Shown: piece by piece, positions 60,263-64,000 of the stretch | How the letters are laid out: every line of letters begins with the position of its first letter | Numbering within the stretch: the first letter of the stretch is position 1 | NCBI GenBank assembly: GCA_918272565.1 | Contig: CAKJYW010000001.1 | Coordinates: forward strand, 6,353-70,352 | Source of the DNA: Bacilli bacterium | GTDB taxonomy: Bacteria; Bacillota_I; Bacilli_A; ML615J-28; CAG-698 | Direction: 5' to 3' | Length of the DNA: 64,000 nucleotides | The notes under the pieces: model-generated | Databases searched by the model: none | The model's input: the letters and a program-made list of their open reading frames with translations, nothing else | What the model was told of the DNA's origin: nothing | Made by a program: the position numbers and the translations under genes

Positions 60263-63148
60263 CTAATCATTTAATTTATTCAATATTCCTTCATAATAAA
60301 TATAGTCGCAATTATCGACATAATCATCACTAATGATCATCTTCTTATTATCATTAATAAATGATGTTAGAGTATTGTCTACTTCACCATTTAATAAAGA
60401 GATGCCACAAGATGCCACTAAGTCAACATATTTAACTTTATCAATTATTGAATAATCAATTAAATAATTAATGTTCTTTTCTTTTAAATGTTTTAATGAT
60501 TCGCTATCTTCACTTGTTAAATTAATTAAGAAATAGAAATCCTTATTTAATTTTAATTTATCTAATAAATCTTCTTTAATTAGATAATCAATTAAAAAGA
60601 TAGACACTGGATAAACGATTAATCCATCTTTATCAATTCTCTTTAAAGCACTAAATTCTAGCTTTATTAGTTGCTCTTTATCAATTAGAGGAAGAACATT
60701 ATCGAAGTTTTCAATGCCTTTTACGTTTATTTTAATAAATTTTCCAAAATAATCATTGTCATTATATAATTTTGAGTATAATACTTCAAAATCATCATTA
60801 TTTAAGGCATCTTTGATGCAATCATTAATGTTATTTTTCTTATTGACTATTTTTAATGTTTCGTTATCTAATAAGCTTATATCAGAGTTCTCTTTTTTTA
60901 GTAACTCATTAATAATATAAATTAAATCACTAGAATTAGAATAATCAGAAGGATAATTAATTAATGCAACATTCACTTCTTGTTCTTTTCTTATCTTTTT
61001 AAGCAAGTGTTTAATTGTCTTAATATCAGTATTATAGATAATGGTATATAAGACGCCATTATCTAAATAAAAGTCATAAGTGTAATCAATTAATTCATTA
61101 TAGAGATTATTAATAATTCCACTATTCTTTTTATCTACCTTTATTCCAACAAAACAATATTCTTCATTTTGTTTTTTAGCTAAATCTTTTTCTAAAGACG
61201 CTTTATCTAAAAGTGTCAAATGAGATTTACGATCTAGATGAATCATCGCTTCAACTGGCATCTCTTTATTGATAGTTACAATATAAAACAAGATATTGTT
61301 TTCCTTATCAAAGAACGGAGAACCGTTTTCTGTAATATCAACTAAATTACTACCAATATTTAGTTTATAGCTACATGAATATTTCTTACCTTCTTCAATT
61401 GATTTAAGTCGAGAGACAAATTCTTTTCTAAAGCTTTTATCAATTAATTCGATGTAATCATCTTCTTTAATGAAATGACGATTATTGTTAAGTAATTGAG
61501 CAAGTTGATTGCTTAAGTAGATGTTCTTCTTTTTAGGGTCATAATAATAAATACCTTCTTGAAGACCATCGATAGCTACTTGCATAATATTAGTCTTTGT
61601 TCTTAGAGATTCTTGATAGAATAGATTTACAAGCTTACTTTCTAGCATACGAGATGCAATCTTCAAAGAGATTAAGTTACTACTATCAAGTAAATCAACA
61701 TTGTGAGATAAATAGATAATTGTAGCGTAGAGATTATTTTCATATACTAAAGGAGTAGCATAAAGATATTTGACTTTTAGATCTAAGTAACTGCGCTTAG
61801 TGATTGGATCGATAATATCGATTTTAGTATCGGTAAAATCAATCATCAAATCGTTATTTCCTTTGATTAGTTTTTCAATCAAAGTATTATTTAAGTCATT
61901 ATATTCTAATTCTCTTTCATACATCCTTTGTTTCTTGTATTGGAACGAAGAAACTGTGTTAAATGAACTTAAGAACTTAGGATAAGCATCAAATGTAGAA
62001 CGGTTAAAGATAACAAATATTGCTTCATCAAAAGCTACTTCTTTTTCTAACTTCTTAGCGTATTCAAATAAGCAATCACGTTCAGTTGCACTAATTATAG
62101 AATAATTGATGATATTAATAATACGTTCTAATTTATTAACGATGTTATTTAATTCTTGACTTAATTCTTTTTCTAATTCATCGTTATTAATTTCTCTTTG
62201 TGTTTCTTCTTCATTCTTCTTTAATTCTAAGTTAATCTTTTCTAAATAAGAATAAAGTCTCTTAAATTCAATACCAAAATCTTTACTTAAGTTGATACAA
62301 GCTTTCAAGTAGCATGAATAGAAATCACGTTTTAAAAACAAATCTCTACTCTTTTCTATTGACTTAAGGAAAGCGTCTCCTAGTCTTTTAGCTTCCTTAA
62401 ATTCGTTAATAGAATTAAGCAATAACAAATATTCATTTAAATAACCGATATATTCATCGCTTAATTCTTCTTTGCCTCTAAAGATGTCGCTATAAAGCTT
62501 AAGAGCATAACGATTCTTACCTTCTAATTGATAGAGTTTTGCTGAAAGGTAGGCACAATAGATTCGAGCTTCATCGTCCTTAATCTCATAAGAATAAGCA
62601 ATAGATTTATCTAAATATTCTTTAGCATGCTCTGTATCTTTATTATCAATAAATAATTTAGTTAAGTTATTTAATACAATACCTTTAATCTCGGGTTGAG
62701 GATCATTTTCGATGATTGACATTAAACTAGCTAGAGCTTTACTCTTATCATTCATACTATCTTGAATGTAAGCCATCTCTAGATACCATCTATTGACACT
62801 ATCTTTATCATTAATATCGATAAATTCCTTCTTTTCTTGAGCATATTTGTAAGCTGTAAGAAAGTTCTTCTTATTGATAAAGATATAAATGTATCTTTCT
62901 AATAATGAATAATAAATATTCTTATATAGGACTTTATCTAAATCATTGAAATTTCTCTTAGCTACATTTAAAGCATCACTATAAAGCTTTTCATTGATAT
63001 AGATGTCCATAATAAGAATATTAGCTAGATAGAAATATTCATTATTATTATCTAATTTGCAGTTATTTTTAAATTCAATTACTTCATTAATTCCATCTAA
63101 TCCTAGATTTCTATTAAGTAATGAATAATAAGTATTACGTGCATCCAT
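60263..63148 (-). CDS. Large (961 aa) cytoplasmic multidomain protein: TPR-like N-terminus, central GAF/PAS-like region, possible degenerate GGDEF/EAL-like C-terminus
   Basis: Helical repeats with Y/L/A periodicity in residues 1-330. DRKSHLTLLDKASLEKDL...CFVGIKVDKK loosely resembles the start of a GGDEF domain but lacks GG(D/E)EF. EFSALKRID is a degenerate EAL. Domain calls are tentative. Confidence 0.45.
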   Translation of the reverse strand: MDARNTYYSLLNRNLGLDGINEVIEFKNNCKLDNNNEYFYLANILIMDIYINEKLYSDALNVAKRNFNDLDKVLYKNIYYSLLERYIYIFINKKNFLTAYKYAQEKKEFIDINDKDSVNRWYLEMAYIQDSMNDKSKALASLMSIIENDPQPEIKGIVLNNLTKLFIDNKDTEHAKEYLDKSIAYSYEIKDDEARIYCAYLSAKLYQLEGKNRYALKLYSDIFRGKEELSDEYIGYLNEYLLLLNSINEFKEAKRLGDAFLKSIEKSRDLFLKRDFYSCYLKACINLSKDFGIEFKRLYSYLEKINLELKKNEEETQREINNDELEKELSQELNNIVNKLERIINIINYSIISATERDCLFEYAKKLEKEVAFDEAIFVIFNRSTFDAYPKFLSSFNTVSSFQYKKQRMYERELEYNDLNNTLIEKLIKGNNDLMIDFTDTKIDIIDPITKRSYLDLKVKYLYATPLVYENNLYATIIYLSHNVDLLDSSNLISLKIASRMLESKLVNLFYQESLRTKTNIMQVAIDGLQEGIYYYDPKKKNIYLSNQLAQLLNNNRHFIKEDDYIELIDKSFRKEFVSRLKSIEEGKKYSCSYKLNIGSNLVDITENGSPFFDKENNILFYIVTINKEMPVEAMIHLDRKSHLTLLDKASLEKDLAKKQNEEYCFVGIKVDKKNSGIINNLYNELIDYTYDFYLDNGVLYTIIYNTDIKTIKHLLKKIRKEQEVNVALINYPSDYSNSSDLIYIINELLKKENSDISLLDNETLKIVNKKNNINDCIKDALNNDDFEVLYSKLYNDNDYFGKFIKINVKGIENFDNVLPLIDKEQLIKLEFSALKRIDKDGLIVYPVSIFLIDYLIKEDLLDKLKLNKDFYFLINLTSEDSESLKHLKEKNINYLIDYSIIDKVKYVDLVASCGISLLNGEVDNTLTSFINDNKKMIISDDYVDNCDYIYYEGILNKLND

Positions 63149-63191
63149 CTTTTTTTCCCCTAATGTATTATACCACGAAGGGCCTTATTTT

Positions 63192-63232
63192 TATAGTAAA
63201 AAATAAAGAATAGACACATTAAGTGTCTATTC
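63192..63232 (-). terminator. Rho-independent terminator downstream of dtd
   Basis: GAATAGACAC-attaa-GTGTCTATTC with a minus-strand T-run. Confidence 0.55.
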
Positions 63233-63236
63233 ATCA

Positions 63237-63674
63237 TTAAAACTCTAAAATTATAGTTACTGGCCCATTGTTAAGTAGACTAATCTCCATATGAGCTCCA
63301 AAGATTCCTTCTTCTACTTTTAAGCCATAAGTTCTTAATTCATCATTGAAGTTGTGATAAAGTTTGTTTGCTTCATCTGGCTTCATAGCATCAACAAATG
63401 CAGGGCGATTGCCTTCGCTAGTATTAGCATAAAGGGTAAACTGGCTAATTGATAGAACAGATCCTCCAACTTGGAAGATGTTTAGATTCATTTTACCATT
63501 CTCGTCTTCAAAAATTCTTAAATTGGCAATCTTTTTAGCCATCTTTTTTACTTGATCAATGGTATCACTATGAGTAAAACCAACTAGTAGCATATAGCCG
63601 TCATTACAACTTCCAGTTAGTTTCCCCTCAACAACGCATTTAGCATATTTAACTCTTTGTAATACAACTTTCAT
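63237..63674 (-). CDS. dtd: D-aminoacyl-tRNA deacylase
   Basis: MKVVLQRV start, SQFTL and NGPVT motifs; 145 aa. Confidence 0.85.
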   Translation of the reverse strand: MKVVLQRVKYAKCVVEGKLTGSCNDGYMLLVGFTHSDTIDQVKKMAKKIANLRIFEDENGKMNLNIFQVGGSVLSISQFTLYANTSEGNRPAFVDAMKPDEANKLYHNFNDELRTYGLKVEEGIFGAHMEISLLNNGPVTIILEF

Positions 63675-64000
63675 TATTTAATTACCCTTTCAATTGAGTA
63701 AACATCTTCAATCATTTGAATCTTTTTGATTGCCGCATCAAGTGTATTAACATTATCAACTGTTAATTTCAATTTAGTTTGAAGATTGTTTTGTTTGTTT
63801 TTGTTTGATGAAATTGATGCAATGGTTAAATTGTTAACTCCAGTAAGTAAAGTAACAATATCAGCAATGATATTTCTTCTATCAAATGAGATAATTAATA
63901 ATTGAGATTCATAGCGTCTATTATCAGTTGATGAGTCCCAATAAACATTAATCATTCGCTCTTGATTGTTACTAAAGTTATTGTGACATTCGCTTCTATG
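63674..64000 (-). CDS. relA: GTP pyrophosphokinase RelA/SpoT-family, C-terminal (ACT) end only; gene continues beyond the window
   Basis: The frame stays open upstream of the track's Met to the window edge (…HRSECHNNFSNNQER-MINVYW…), carrying the HRxDCxN motif. The C-terminal ACT domain and the classic relA-dtd adjacency support the call. Confidence 0.75.
   Translation of the reverse strand, partial: HRSECHNNFSNNQERMINVYWDSSTDNRRYESQLLIISFDRRNIIADIVTLLTGVNNLTIASISSNKNKQNNLQTKLKLTVDNVNTLDAAIKKIQMIEDVYSIERVIK

Noticed and set aside
1-64000. rRNA, tRNA, tmRNA, RNase P, SRP RNA, transposases/IS, prophage genes
   Set aside because: No GC-rich cloverleaf-like segments and no conserved RNase P (GGAAAGTCC) or SRP motifs were seen. 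No DDE transposase or integrase ORF other than housekeeping xerD is present.

Overview
This is a 64 kb AT-rich segment with standard genetic code and typical low-GC Firmicutes content (T-box leaders, YneF, parE-parC, rnhC-mutS2-trxA, lspA-rluD, nusB-xseAB-dxs-recN, dtd-relA). It looks like core chromosome spanning the replication terminus. A plus-strand block (yneF, parE, parC, a PHP phosphoesterase, a YesN/YesM/binding-protein three-component system, a MacB-like ABC transporter) converges on a long minus-strand block (xerD, hemW, lepA, M32 peptidase, mutS2, aspS-hisS, dinB, recN, dxs, xseBA, nusB, dtd, relA). The two blocks meet at a 1.1 kb non-coding, repeat-laden gap (18.1-19.2 kb) that carries a Bacillus-type dif site (25/28 match), with xerD 4.5 kb away. 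The main unexplained signal is a dispersed and tandem repeat family, all copies on the + strand, with core GAGAAGATTATCTTTTTAAGATGG-TAATTA and a recurrent mini-ORF MRRLSF. It is concentrated around dif and occurs at at least four other intergenic sites; two copies carry a terminator as ~85 bp direct repeats bracketing a lipoprotein gene. Candidate accessory loci are a 672-aa DEDDh-exonuclease / putative PD-(D/E)xK fusion next to a membrane-anchored XRE regulator, a degenerate Fic-like wHTH protein after parC, and a 961-aa multidomain protein upstream of nusB. Two T-box leaders (metNI with a probable Met specifier, hisS-aspS) are the clearest cis-regulatory RNAs. No rRNA, tRNA, CRISPR array or obvious transposase/IS was found.
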